DNA of 64,000 nucleotides from Takakia lepidozioides (GCA_030704615.1 CM060731.1:9362001-9426000), one strand, 5' to 3'; shown: positions 30,576 to 43,100, numbered from the stretch's first letter. Translations and numbers: made by a program. The notes: generated from the sequence alone by a model not told the origin.

Positions 30576-31074
30576 CTAACACTGTAATCGGAGGTCCCAA
30601 TCATCCCGGGAGAACTCGTATGATGCAAATAGTTTGCTGCCAGCCCTAATAGTCCTACTAACACATGTCATCACAAACATGTGCATCCCCTCACAGTATA
30701 CTGACGTATGACCACAAAAGCTCTCATGCCCATCGCTGCGCTCGTCCCATACTACATTGGTTCTCCTATGACCAAAAGAACTATTGACCAGCCCAGCAAC
30801 ATTGCCGAAGATGTTGGGGTCCCCATCACAAAATCTGATCTCAATGGGAGACAACCCCCGTCTACGTACATCTTGTCCGTTGACACACAAAATGTAGGGT
30901 AGGATGTATGGGGCGTAATGTACGGAACTCCAGGGAGGTGTAGGGAAACAAGTCCACCATTTGTTTTCTCCGAGGAGGAACCACAATATCATTGACCAAG
31001 AATAAACCCCGATCCATAGGAGGGTCTGTAGCGGCTCTCACAACATACCGTCTCCCCCAATACTCGAACTCCAC
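30576..31074 (-). pseudogene. SET-domain-like remnant (frameshifted)
   Basis: DRGLFLVNDI...LFPY (SET motif I) in one frame. DGDPNIFGNVAGLVNSS...TNVVW...VMTCVSRTIRAGSKLFASY (RFINHS-like and ELxxDY-like motifs) in another. Confidence 0.65.
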
Positions 31075-31744
31075 ATTTTCTCGGATGGGGGTGGGAGGAT
31101 CGAGATGATTCCCCCAAGAACCTTGTGATCACCAGGAATACGAAATCATGGTATAAATGGGAGCCAAGATCCCACATTTGCACATAATGCGCCCTTGACG
31201 CCATAAACGCTTGCAACAACAGGACATGGGCCTCGATTTGGTCTTCGTCCTTCTCGCATCACTTGCTCGTCTCTCTCTCAAGCCTCCATCCCTCTCCCAA
31301 CACTTAGACAAATTCAGGCAAAGGACAAAGTTTCTCTTCCACCCTTAGATCATTTTACATCCGACGATTAGAACGATTAGAACAATCTCTACGAGCCACA
31401 CAAGCCCTAAAATACATTAAAATATTCCACGTCATGAGCCATGTGGAGCACTTATAAAAATTCCATTTTTGAATAGGGTGTGCAATGAATGCCTAGTTGT
31501 TAAGAGTCGTTCTCTAGTGCTTAAAACCACTTGTAATTGATGTTTAAAAAAAAACAATTTACGTAATTGAATTAAATCGCCGCGAATATTGCGCCGACTG
31601 CGGAGTCATTGATGCAACTTCTATCCGCCATTAGAAATGCGAATTTATCCGTTACGACTGTGCAGTAGTAACAAACATCTCAAAGTTGTTCGCTCAGTGG
31701 TTTTGGCCATGCAGTCGATTCGAAAAAGACATAAATGCTTCTAG

Positions 31745-31907
31745 TGCAAGAAGGAATACAAACAAGAAGCACTACCATGATACACCAGATGTAGGTCATG
31801 ACTGATTGTTCTGAGCGGGCTGAGTGCTTAGAGATATCCAACTCTTCTATTTTGGAGTTCCCTCCTCGAATAGCGAAGGGATGGGTGAGTAAAAGCCGCT
31901 CGCGACT
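31745..31907 (+). repeat. Diverged partial LTR (3'/U5 end)
   Basis: ccatgatacaccagatgtaggtcatgactgattgttctgagcggg...gtaaaagccgc matches the LTR 3' end. Confidence 0.85.
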
Positions 31908-31931
31908 TGTTCGTGGCCCAACACCTATAAC

Positions 31932-32887
31932 TGTCGCGCGGCTTTTACTCACCCATCCCTTCGCTATCCGAGGCGGAAACTCCAAGATAGAAGAGTTGGA
32001 AATCTCTAAGTACTCAGCCCGCGCAGAACAATCAGTCATGACCTACAGCTAGTGTATCATGGGGGTGTTTCCTATTTGTTTCCCTTTCCGCATTCATGTT
32101 AGCTACCTTACCATTGATAATTAAGTATCAGTTTGCTTCATCAATCTATCGGATTCCATCAACTCATCCATTCATTCCACAGCTTCACTCAGATCTCTCT
32201 ACACAGTGTGATTGTATCGTAAAAGTATCAGATTATGATTTATCAGGTATCAGGCCGAAGCCATTGTGTCTCTAATCTGCTCTACAATATCACTACAAGT
32301 TTGCATATAACAAGCATCTGCTAATCATCTCTCCTCCTTCACCGTGCTCTCCATCTTTGCTTCCGTTCTTACTCTCCGTCCGATCCCCTCTCATGCATGA
32401 CCAAGAAGTCCTTTTTTTTTTAAGTGCTTCCAAGAATATCTATATATCATTTTCAGTCCTTGCTTCTCCCTTTATCTTCCTACCCGTGGCTCTAACCGTT
32501 TCCCTCACTAACCGTCGTCCGTGAACTAACATGTTCCATTTGCAGGTGTTGTTCCCCACAGTCGTTCCCTGTCCTGCTCTCCGTTCCCTCTGGTCGTGAC
32601 AGCTGTGTCAAGCTGTGACTAGCTGTGTGAAACTATGACGGGTTGTGACTGGTTGTGCGACTGTGTTTGGCTGTGTCGGGCTGTGACTGGCTGTGTGGCT
32701 GTGTCGGCTGTGACGGGCTGTGTTGGCTGTGATGGCTGTGTCGGGCTGTGATGAGCTGTGCTAACTGTGTCTGGCGGTGTCGGCTGTGACAACTGTGACG
32801 GACTGTGTAACCCCCTCTACAGTGCGCTGCTGTCACCCCTAAGGCTCCTGTTGGTCTCAGTCTGTGCAAAAATTAAGGGTACCCTAC
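31932..32887 (-). repeat. Inverted LTR copy lacking its first ~42 bp
   Basis: Reverse complement of the LTR from gtagggtaccc to ...ccgcgcgaca. No PBS follows it. Confidence 0.92.
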
Positions 32888-34690
32888 TGTTAGAGGACTG
32901 TCGGGGACTTAGACACTTATACGGGATCTGTAGGGTACCTTTAATTTTTGCACAGACTGAGACCAACATGAGCCTTAGGGGTGACAGCAGCGCATTGTAG
33001 AGGGGGGTTACACAGCCCGTCACAGTCGTCACAGCCGACACAGCCAACACAGCCCGTCACAGTCACAGCAGACACAGCCGACACAGCCAACACAGCCCGT
33101 CACAGTCGTCACAGCCGACACAGCCATCACAGCCGACACAGCCACACAGCCAGTCACAGCCCGACACAGCCAAACACAGTCGCACACCCAGTCACAGCCT
33201 GTCACAGTTTCACACAGCCAGTCACAGCTTGACACAGCTGTCACGATCATAGGGAACGGAGAGCAGGACAGGGAACGACTGTGGGAAACAACACCTGCGA
33301 AGGGAACATGTTAGTTCACAGACGACGGTTAGTGAGGGAAACGGTTAGAACCACAGGTAGGAAGGTAAAGGGAGAAGCGGGGAATTTTGGGGGATATCAT
33401 TCTGAGGAGGACTTCTTGGTCATGGAGGAGAGGGGATCGGGCAGAGATGAAGAACGGAAGTGAAGATAGAGAGATGATGAGTAGATGCTTGATATATGCA
33501 AGGCTGTAATGATATTGTAGAGGAGATTAGAGACACAATGGCTTCAGCCTAATACCTAATAAATCATAATCAGATATTTTTACGATACAATCACACTGTG
33601 TAGAGAGATTTGAGTGAAGCTGTGGAATGAATGGATGAGTTGATGGAATCCGATAGATTGATAAAGCAAACTGATACTTAATTATCAATGATAAGGTAGC
33701 TAACATGAATGCCAAAAGGGAAACAAATAGGAAACACCCCCATGATACACTAGCTGTAGGTCATGACTGATTGTTCTGCGCGGGCTGAGTACTTAGAGAT
33801 TTCCAACTCTTCTATCTTGGAGTTTCCGCCTCGAATAGCGAAGGGATGGGTGAGTAAAAGCCGTGCGACATTTGGCGACCATACTGGGGAACTCAGTAAT
33901 GAACAACCTGATGTGACAGGCATCTGGTGGGATCATGGTGGTTGGACCATTAAAGAATTTGAAGTGAATCAAATTCCCTGTGGAACGAAGGAAGAAAGAT
34001 TGTCCAAACAATTCTTTCAAAGGTTCTTGGAATTGCCAGACGGTTGTAAGGAAAAAAATTTTAAGCGAGTGCATGATGCTGATCCGGAATGGGGTCTGGA
34101 GAAAGGAGTGATAAAGATTTATCAGGTAGCCTGTAGAGGAAGAGCACGTTGGTTACCAACATTGGTATATGTGATAGCATTGCTATCCATTAAGCGAGTA
34201 GAGTTTGAAGGCTGGGAAGAAATAAAGGTGAATGTTTATACTCATATGCATGAAGAGCTTGTACTGGTAAAGAATTGGATTCCAAAGGATATTTTGTGGA
34301 TCAAACTCACACCAAGAACAGCTTTCCAGACTTGTTTGCCATATGGTTATATGGTAACGGAGACTTCAAGTATAGCCAAGGGTGCATTGAAGCTTGAAAG
34401 AAACCCAGGCATATACGAGAGATATTACAGAAGAGAGTTTTGGTTATTGCCACATTAAAAAGAAATGAAAGACATGGGACATGAGTGATGAAAGAGAAGC
34501 TAGACGCCAGAGATATTCAGCAAAAAAAGAAAGCTATCTGAAAGCTAATTATCCATATCTTTGGGAGAGAGGAATAGACATAGGGGAATCATCTGGACCT
34601 CTCACACCATTAAGATCAAAGAGTACATCACCCATACCGGAAGAACTAGAGTTGGATGCCACTCCTTCGGTTTCTTTGCAAGAAAGATTA
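32888..34690 (+). mobile_element. 5' LTR (32888-33870), PBS and 5' internal region of a truncated sister gypsy element
   Basis: TG...CA LTR followed by tttggcgaccatactgggga (33871-33890), similar to tRNA-Arg-type PBSs of Ogre/Tat elements. ORFs at 33763-34458 and from 34481. No gag follows. Confidence 0.85.
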
Positions 34691-34691
34691 A

Positions 34692-35405
34692 CGACATGTC
34701 GGAGATTATCCCAATATCGGTGGCCTCGGTCCAGGATTTCCCAATGGTGGCCTTCCAGGATATCCCAGTGGTGGAGGAGGAAGTATTGGACATTTCGGAG
34801 GTGATCCCAGTTTATTTCCTGGCGGGGGTAGTCCAGGATTTCCCAGTGGTGGCTTTCCAGGATATCCGAGTGTTGGCTTTCCAGGACATCCCAGTGTCAG
34901 ACATTTCGGAGGTGATCCCGGTTTGTTTCCCGGCAGCGGCAGTCCAGGATTTCCCAGTGATGGCTTCCCAGGATATCCCAGTGGTGGCTTTCCAGGACAT
35001 CCCATTGGTGGCTTTGGAGGATATCCCAGTGGTGGCTTCCCAGGATTTCCCGGTGTGCCTCCTCTAGAAGCTATGGCATCGGCAAGTGGGCATGGTAATA
35101 TGAAGTACTTCCACGCTAAACATCCATTCCTAGGCCATCCTCCTCCGTTTGGAAGTTTTAGACATTTCGGAGGTTATCCCAGTTTGTTCCCCGGCGGCGG
35201 CGGTCCAAGATTTCCCAATGGTGGCTTTCCAGGACATCCCAGTGGCGTAGGTTTGTTTCCCGGCGGTAGCGGTCTAGGATTTCCCATTGGTGGCTTTCAA
35301 AGATATCCCAGCGGTGGCGTTCCCATTGTGCCTCCTCCACAAGCTGCGACATGTGCAAGTACTGGTCATGGTAATGAGGTTTATTGCGTTACTAATTATC
35401 CATAG
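34692..35405 (+). repeat. Gly/Pro-rich coding-type repeat (24-bp unit, GGFPGYPS), probably a remnant of a glycine-rich protein gene
   Basis: The unit ggtggctttccaggatatcccagt recurs many times. The frame is open from 34692 to 35405 (HFGGDPSLFPGGGSPGFPSGGFPGYPS...), but no ATG or signal peptide is in frame. Confidence 0.6.
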
Positions 35406-36575
35406 TACCATTCTCCTCAGTTAGAAACTATGGCATGGGCAAGTGGTCATGGTTATCCATGATTTCAGTAGAAGGACTCGGATGGATTCCATATCAGACC
35501 CTTCAACGCTGCAAGATTGCCTAGTCTGCACAGAAGTATAGCTAGCTGAAACATTCCAAGTTTATTTTATCTTGTATGTCAGCCATTTCATTTGAATGAA
35601 TCAAAAATTGTCATGGACTGAGTTTTCTTTCCCTACAGTCACTGTTGTATGATTGTTGACAATGGTCATTGGTCTGGATCACTAGAAAGCAAGCGATATT
35701 AGAGCAGATTTGTAAAATAAAATTTCAAAATCCTTTTTTGTTTTCTTTGTTTTTTGTAGCCAAAAAAGTGACGACAATGATGTGGCGATGATGACATGGT
35801 GACCATGATGTGTCACTATGGCATCCTCTTCCAGTCCTACACTAAAACTAGTATCCGACCTTTGGTCGTCACTAGAATAATACACATATCACAAGGCCCC
35901 CTGAGGGGAATAATATCGGCACAGGGGCTAGCCTTAGGGGGTGGGGATTTGACTGCGGGCCCTACCAGAGGCATCCAATCTTGAAGGATAGATCAGAGGG
36001 ACAAGGGCTGCTGGTTGCTCTAGGCTGATTCAAGTCCTTGTAATAGATGTTCAGCTGGCATTCGTCTGCCATTCCTACACCGCTTTGTACTAGGGGGGAA
36101 TACGGAGCGGGAATGTGGTTGAGAAGGGGGAATTTTTGTCTTTGGGATAAGTGACGGGAAGGCAGCCATCTAATGAGGGGAGCAAACCTCAAATACATTT
36201 TCCCATAATAGCTACTGCAGTCACATTTGTTCTTGGACATTGTACAATGCCAAAATGGGTTCTTTCCGATGTGGTTTCTTCCACGAAAATTTTGGAAATG
36301 ATTTGCCAATCTTCTATGCTTCCTATGCAAATCCAATTTGCATTGCCAATACTTATGCCAAGCCAGACTGATTTCCAGTCCAAAGATATCTGTGTCAGAT
36401 GTAAAGTCTCTCTCACTCCCTCTCTCCTTCAGTGTGGTCAGGAAAGCAAGTGAGGCCTAAATAGTCACTCAAACAGGGTCAGCAACCTGACACAAGAAAC
36501 GCCTAATGCATAGATAACCTAGACAATAGAGGTTGAAGAATGCAAACCTGGTGAAACCAAAACGACCAACCTAAA

Positions 36576-37680
36576 TCATTGTGCAAACAAACTTGACCTG
36601 TTCTCTATTGCAATTCTAGATTTCCGGATGTGATCATGGACTTGTTTCCCTTTTTCCAGAGCTCTGAGGCTGGTGCATGCATTGAGAATACAAGTGAATG
36701 TGACCCTGTTGGGCGTCACCCCATCCTGTTGCATCTTCTCATAGATCTTGAAAGCTTCCATAGCATCCCCATGTTGAGCATATTCTGCTATCAACGAACT
36801 CCACGAGACCACATCTCGTTTAGCCATACTGGCGAACACTTCACTTGACGCGCCTTCTTCATGCTGCCGCATTTTGCATACATGTCGATAAGGCTATTCT
36901 CCAAATTGATATAGGACGCAATTCCAGCTTTCATGGTGTCAGCATGCACCTCTTTGCCCTTTTCTAGGGCTCCTAGGCTGGAACACGCATTGAGAACACA
37001 AACAAACGTGACTGTGTTGGCTCTCACCCCTGCTTGTTGCATTTGCCTGTACATCTGGAAAGCCTCCCTCCCAAACCCATGACGAGCATATCCTGCTATA
37101 TATCAATGCACTCCAGGAGACCACATCTCGTGTAGCCATATTATCAAACACTTGTTGGGCATCTTTCATGCTTGCACATTTTGCATACATGTCAACAAGT
37201 GTCAAGAGTATTCTCCAAATTTATATATGACATAATTCCAGCTTTGATGATGTCAGCATGGACCTGCTTGCCCTTCTACAAATCTCCTAAGCTAGCACAT
37301 GCATTGAGAACACAAATGAATGTGACCTTGTTTGGCATCATCCCTTCCCGTTGCATTTGCTCCTAGATCTTCAAAGCTTCCCTACCACACCCATGCTAAG
37401 CATATCTTGCAATCACGGCACTCCATGAAACCTATCCCGCTTATAGCCATATTATCAAACACTTGCTGCGCATCCTTCATGACCCCGCATTTGGCATACA
37501 TGTCCACAAGGCTATTCTCCAGGTTTAAATATGACTTTATTCCAGGTCTCCTGAGCTGGCACATGGTTTGAGACCGCAGATGAAGGTGATCCTGTCAGGG
37601 GTCACCCTTTCTCATTGCATTTGCTCATAGATTTTGAAGCCATCCTGAGCATGCTCATGCTTGGCATAGCCTGCCATCCA
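36576..37680 (-). pseudogene. PLS-class PPR pseudogene
   Basis: P/L/S motifs (NSLVDMYAKCG.MKDAQQVFDNM, DVVSWS.LI, RVTF.C.LNAC..L..LEKGK.VH) are broken by several frameshifts and stops. It is cut at 37680 by a transposon. Close paralog of the genes at 46.3 and 51.7 kb. Confidence 0.9.
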
Positions 37681-39254
37681 GCGTAGCTACGGCGTGAGCC
37701 TAGCCCCGTGAGCTTGGGAGCTGAGCTCACGTTGTAGCTGCAAAGCGTGAGCTGAGCTCACGCTTCAGGGAAGCGTGAGCGGCACAAATCTGCTGGAGAA
37801 GCAGGGCCTATAGGCGAGGATTGCAGGAAGAGGGCCTATTACCATGGACAAAACAAAGGGGGCCACCATGCACCATGTCTGCAATGCCTGCACAAAAAGA
37901 GGAATATGAAAATATGGCAGATTTGAGCTTAGAATGATTGACACACTTTATTTCAATTCACAGATAGACGCTTACACTGAATGGCATGTGCATTTGCCCT
38001 GGTTCCGTGAATGAAATGTATGTGTTTGTCCTAAATGCAGATTCTTCACACGGTAACCTGGAAACCAGCATGGGAAGCGGGCATGGCTCGTATGTGTTCA
38101 AAGAGAATTTGGCGGAGCCCTACGTGAGGTGTCCCGCTGCAGAAGGGTGATGACTTCTCCGTAGCCTAGTGTGGCTTGGTGAATGAATTGGTCTCTCTTA
38201 CCGTCGCAGCACATAATTACAAGGTATATGTAATATTGATGCTTGCAGGGGACCCACTTCCCTCTCATGCCGAGAGCGCCCTCACGCATCGTTACAAAAT
38301 CCGGACAAGTGCACGTAGGGAAATTCCCCACGGTAACCTAATATTCTTTGCCATGAAGAACTGAGCCAATAGACAACACTGTGTAAATCCGTCCATACCC
38401 CGGGGCAGGGACTTTGGTGATACGAGTCACCCGAGCCTGCAAAATTCTAGCCGATTCCATATTGCAGTCGTGATCTGCACCCGAAGCGACACGGCGCACT
38501 GTTTTTCCATCTCTTTTTGTTGGGTGGGAGTCGGCACCGTGTGGAGGCATCCGCGATCTCCGCTATCGTGTTACCAATGGTTTCCCTATTCCATATGAAG
38601 GAGCTCGGATTCGGACACACACCACAAACTGTAAACGCATGCAAATTTTCCACATATCGTCCTAAAAAATAACCACGTCAGCACAAAACGAAGGCGAAAA
38701 TAATGGAAGCATATGCACGATGGTGGCTGTAGAGCCCCGCCAGCTCTCTCATCAGGCACACCCTTCATCGTCATTAAAATCGCCCTAAACAAGAAGAACA
38801 GTTGCGTGCATGCAAAGTCAGCTCCACAACATTGGACAACAAAGAAGCCGCAAGAACGAGACAACAAGAACGAGTGACCGAGTTCGTGGCAGGATGTTGC
38901 GATTTTCCATGCCCTAAACATGGATGGCGCGGATGGGTTTATCGGAATGGACGATCCAAATCCTTCGGCCGGCGCGGACTGGCAGACTGGGGCAGCAGAC
39001 GGGCGGGTGGACTGTTGGGTGGACTGGCGGGGACTGGCACAGCGGACTGGCCGGCAGATTGGCGGTCTGGCAGACTGGGGGGAAGCGGACTCATGGGCAG
39101 CGGACTGGGGCGGGGGTTGCCGCGGGCGCGGCTGGGCGACCGTGCGCAGCGGCGCGCGAGGGGGTCTGGGTGGGGGAGCCGGGCGTCCGTGCACGGGGCC
39201 CACCGGTCAGCCCGCCATAACGTCCCAATTATTGTAAAATGAGAGGGGAGCTAG
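37681..39254 (-). mobile_element. SWIM-zinc-finger-containing element (class unresolved)
   Basis: 38550-38098 is one frame with a single in-frame stop, giving ...GKEY*VTVGNFPTCTCPDF...PCKHQYYIY (CxC...CxH SWIM). One end has cgtgagc repeats (37681-37780); the other is the GC-rich terminus shared with 17173. Confidence 0.65.
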
Positions 39255-39454
39255 ATATAATGATAAACAGATGATAATATTTTTTTCTCCAACATACTTC
39301 AAACATCCATATTAGTATTCCATCCATCAACATCCATCCAAATTTCCACTTGTAAGACCTCCACTTGTCACGCGTTAGACAGCTGCGATCGTCATGTACC
39401 CTCCTCCCACCTGGATGCTATGTGGCAACCCCCAATTCGGCACAGTCAAATATG

Positions 39455-39636
39455 ACGTGGCACCATGGGACTAATTTTTGAACTGAAAAACATTCGGAAC
39501 AAGTCAAGCCTGGGAGGGCCGCTTTTGTCCCTTATCCCCAAAAAATTGAAAATAAAAAAATATTTAACAAGTTGTTGCATATCCAACCAAGGATGTGGGT
39601 GGCAGCAGCTGTCACACTGACAGGACGGAACGTGTC
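39455..39636 (+). promoter_or_regulatory. Two ABRE-like motifs upstream of TSPO
   Basis: ACGTGGC at 39455-39461 and ACGTGTC at 39630-39636, upstream of the 5'UTR exon (donor gtaagt at 39799). Confidence 0.4.
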
Positions 39637-40157
39637 GTCCAGCCAGTGCGCCAGCTGGGGCCCTTTCTCCTTCCTCCTCTCACGCAGACAGCGCCAGCGT
39701 TTCCCATTCTTATCCAACAAGCTCCATCGCTGTGCGCAGTCGATAATCTGGGTGCAGCAGCTGAGAGCTTCGGGAGGAATCGAAGCGAGTGGAGCAAGGT
39801 AAGTGGAAAGCTTCCAATGTGGTCATTCTGGAAGGCATTCAAAATCTGTTTTTGAATGCTATGGTCTTGCACAGGGTTAGATAGTATTTGCTTTGTCAGG
39901 TAAATGGAGGTCGGTCTGTTCGCGCAATCGGAGGTGTTATGTGTGTATTCGTGGTTATCTACAAGAGAGACAAGGTAGCAGACCGACCAGCTGTGAGAGC
40001 TAGAACGAAAATGCGGCGTTGCGTGGAGACTCTATGGAGCTAAAATTTTCATCTTGGTGTACTGGCTGTACCTGCTGTGGATTTCCATCAGGAACATTTG
40101 TATAGTATGATAGCTATGGGTGCACTGACGTTGGCTCGTTTCTGTGTGCATGGGCAG

Positions 40158-43100
40158 ATGTGGACGTTGCTGAGCATAGCCTCTCTTATAATAGCAGTCG
40201 CCATACCTGTGGCACTGGGATTCATTGGTTCTGCTCTTAGCGGAGGAGGAGATACCGGTAATTGTCACCTCTGCGTTGATCACCCTAGAGGCTTGAGTAT
40301 GCCCTAAGCAGGCACTGACGATGTTCTGCACTCTGCAGGGCCTCAGAATCATTCTTTGCATTAGTTTGAACTACCACAACGCAGCACGCATGCCTTTGAG
40401 CAATAACTTGGGGCCTCATAACGAGTTTCCCGCATCCTTACCAGCTTTGGTAAAACTCCTATAGAGAGTAGCGTGTACGGATTGCATCTACCAACCGTAC
40501 ATCTTTCATACACTCAGCATGTTGAGATTGGTTTCCGATGTGTGGTAGAGTGATGTAGAGATGCATTTTTAAGTTTTTGTCCGATCGTTCTGCGAGTTTC
40601 CAGCAAAACAGACTGATTCCAGCCATGCTTGCTTAGTAATGGCATGAAACAGCTTTTCTGTGCTCTCGTTGGAACGCACTGCTCGTGAGTGTACCTATGC
40701 TCCCAAGACTGTTACTATCATAGTCTGGCAGAAATTCCGTGAGATTGCCAATGTCTGGTGTACCTGTTGATACCTGTCCAGAAGGGGGATGGAATTTACC
40801 CAAATGCAGACTTACTTTCTCTGTTAATATGGTTGAGCCATTTGTATAAATCTTGTAGGTTGATGTGGAGCTCTAGGATGAGGTTCTGATAGAATCATGT
40901 GTGGGTTTATTGCAGATTGGTACAAAGGACTGAACAAGCCTTCATGGACACCTCCGGTGTTTACCTGCTTTGACCCATATATGCTATGTCTTTGTCTGCA
41001 TGCAACCCTGTAGCTATTTGGGTCATGTTGTGTAGAAACCTGTAGTAAGTGGGGTGATTGGGTCGTGCCCAGTATCATAAAATGCTGCATAGTTTGGGTT
41101 TTGAAGGCTGAACTCTTGTGTCACAAGTCTGCCAAGGAATGTAAAGGAGTATGTGCGTGGTGAAGTGTCTGTCTGGGAGCTATTGGTTTGAAGGTAAGCT
41201 ACTAAGTGTTGTACTCATGTTTTGTGCATGCGAAATTGTTGTAAGAGTGCAATGATGGTTTATGCAGGACTGGCTCTTCCCAGTAATGTGGACAACCCTC
41301 TATGTATTGATGGGTGTAGCCTCATGGCTGATCTGGAAAGACGGAGGTCTGAAACCTTCCCAACCCATGGTGTTTTTGGGACAGCATATGTCCTAGGGCT
41401 ATCTGTTTCTCTTATGTGCAGTTTAGATCTCGTACATTCTGCAAATAAGCATAATCTCCCAGTGTGCCGCTGTATGACTGGGTCCTGTTTTAACTTTCTC
41501 TTTGGACGGGATGGTCCACTTTAGAGCTGCCAACCACCTGCCCTGTAATCGATGGCATGTGTTGCGGAGCCAATAATTTAGATGATAGCGTTGCCCTTGT
41601 AAATAAGTTTGTTTTTTGTCGAGAAACTGGTGTAGCAAATGAACACATCAAAGCTTTGAGAGTTCTCATGTATGTGAGGGTAATACCGATGGCATCTTTG
41701 ATCAGAACTTATGAGTGTTGAGAGATCAGACGATTTTTTCTGGTGTAGTCACAAAAATTCACCAATCTGAAGGCATTGATTCGTGCTATTTCCATTCTAT
41801 ACACAATAGTAATCGACTCCATATCTTGGAAACAGGACCGCCCTGTCAAACAGGCTAAGTCCTGGCAGAAGAGAGTAGAAGAGATTCTCAAGGACCTGGA
41901 CCTGGATCCGCAAGTCTTGACCCTGCTGGATAAATCTGACTTAGAGGCTGTAGTGTCCAAAGCCATGTCTGTTGCCATGAGATTGTCTGATGAAAATGAA
42001 GTTAGGCAGAAAACTTCCCTGAACTTGTTTCCAGTCAGTGACATGGGGGAGGACATCTTGGATGACCTCAAGGGTCTACCCACTCTCGGCACTAGACTGA
42101 AATTTAAACTCAGGGCAGGAAGCCTACCTTTGAACAGCAAACAGAAGCAGAGAGGAAAGGGAGAGTGCAATTGCCCGTTGTGTGGGAAATCTGAAGACAG
42201 TATTCATTTTCTGATACACTGTCCGGGGTTCTCTCACCAAAGAGACGCTTTTTTCAACTCTATCAAGGGAATTGTGCCTGTACCCCTGTTTACCAACTTT
42301 AAAAGTCTCGAGGCTGAGCCAAAAGCCCAGGCCCTCCTGAGGCCTAGTTTTTGGGCAAATCACACACAGCAGATTGATGCTTGTGTGAAGGGATTTCTAG
42401 AGGATATCTGGAAAACCCGGATTAATTCTTTATATGAAGGTAAGTCTTACTACCAACGTCAGCCCCTGACAGAGGTAGGTTCTGTTCCTTTTGTTCCCGC
42501 TCAAACTGGGTGCGGGGTCAATGGCCACAAGGCTACGGCAAACAACGTCTTATGAGTACAATCTATACACAATAGTTGTTTGGCAGGCTGATATTCAAGC
42601 GACAGCAGTGTTCCCCCCCCCCCCAACTTAACTTCTGTGAATTATGCAGGTTTTGAGCGCCAAGGCTATCCTTTGGGGGCGTACTTGTTCCAGGTATAGT
42701 GTGTTAGAACTTTGGCTTGACTTACATGCAAGCACTAGTGGGTAAACCTGCGGGATGATTTTCTTGCAACCCAGTCATTCCCATTTGCACCCTTTTCATA
42801 GCATGTGCGATGAGGACATACTCCATTCCACAATAAATTGTCTGGTTTTCTTTAACTGGATTTCTTCTCTGGTTTACACATCAGGCACGGATGTGGATGA
42901 GAGTAGTGTTAATCAGACTATTTGTTGTTCTGATGGACCTGGGTGGTATGTGCTGCAGCTACTTCTCAACTTTCTGTGGACTCCCATCTTCTTTGGCCTG
43001 AAACGTCCAGTATGTGCTAAACTTCTCTGAACAGTTTGTTGATGTGCATCCTGCAGTCATTCTCGGTTGTAATTGTACAGGAACGGGACACCTTGTGTGA

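Noticed and set aside
27905-33870. DIRS-like element with inverted or split terminal repeats
   Set aside because: The repeats are TG...CA LTRs with PPT and PBS, and the element has a protease and a DDE-type integrase remnant; no tyrosine recombinase was seen.
35866-36450. Possible additional insertion or LINE fragment
   Set aside because: No recognisable domain, TSD or terminal structure could be supported.
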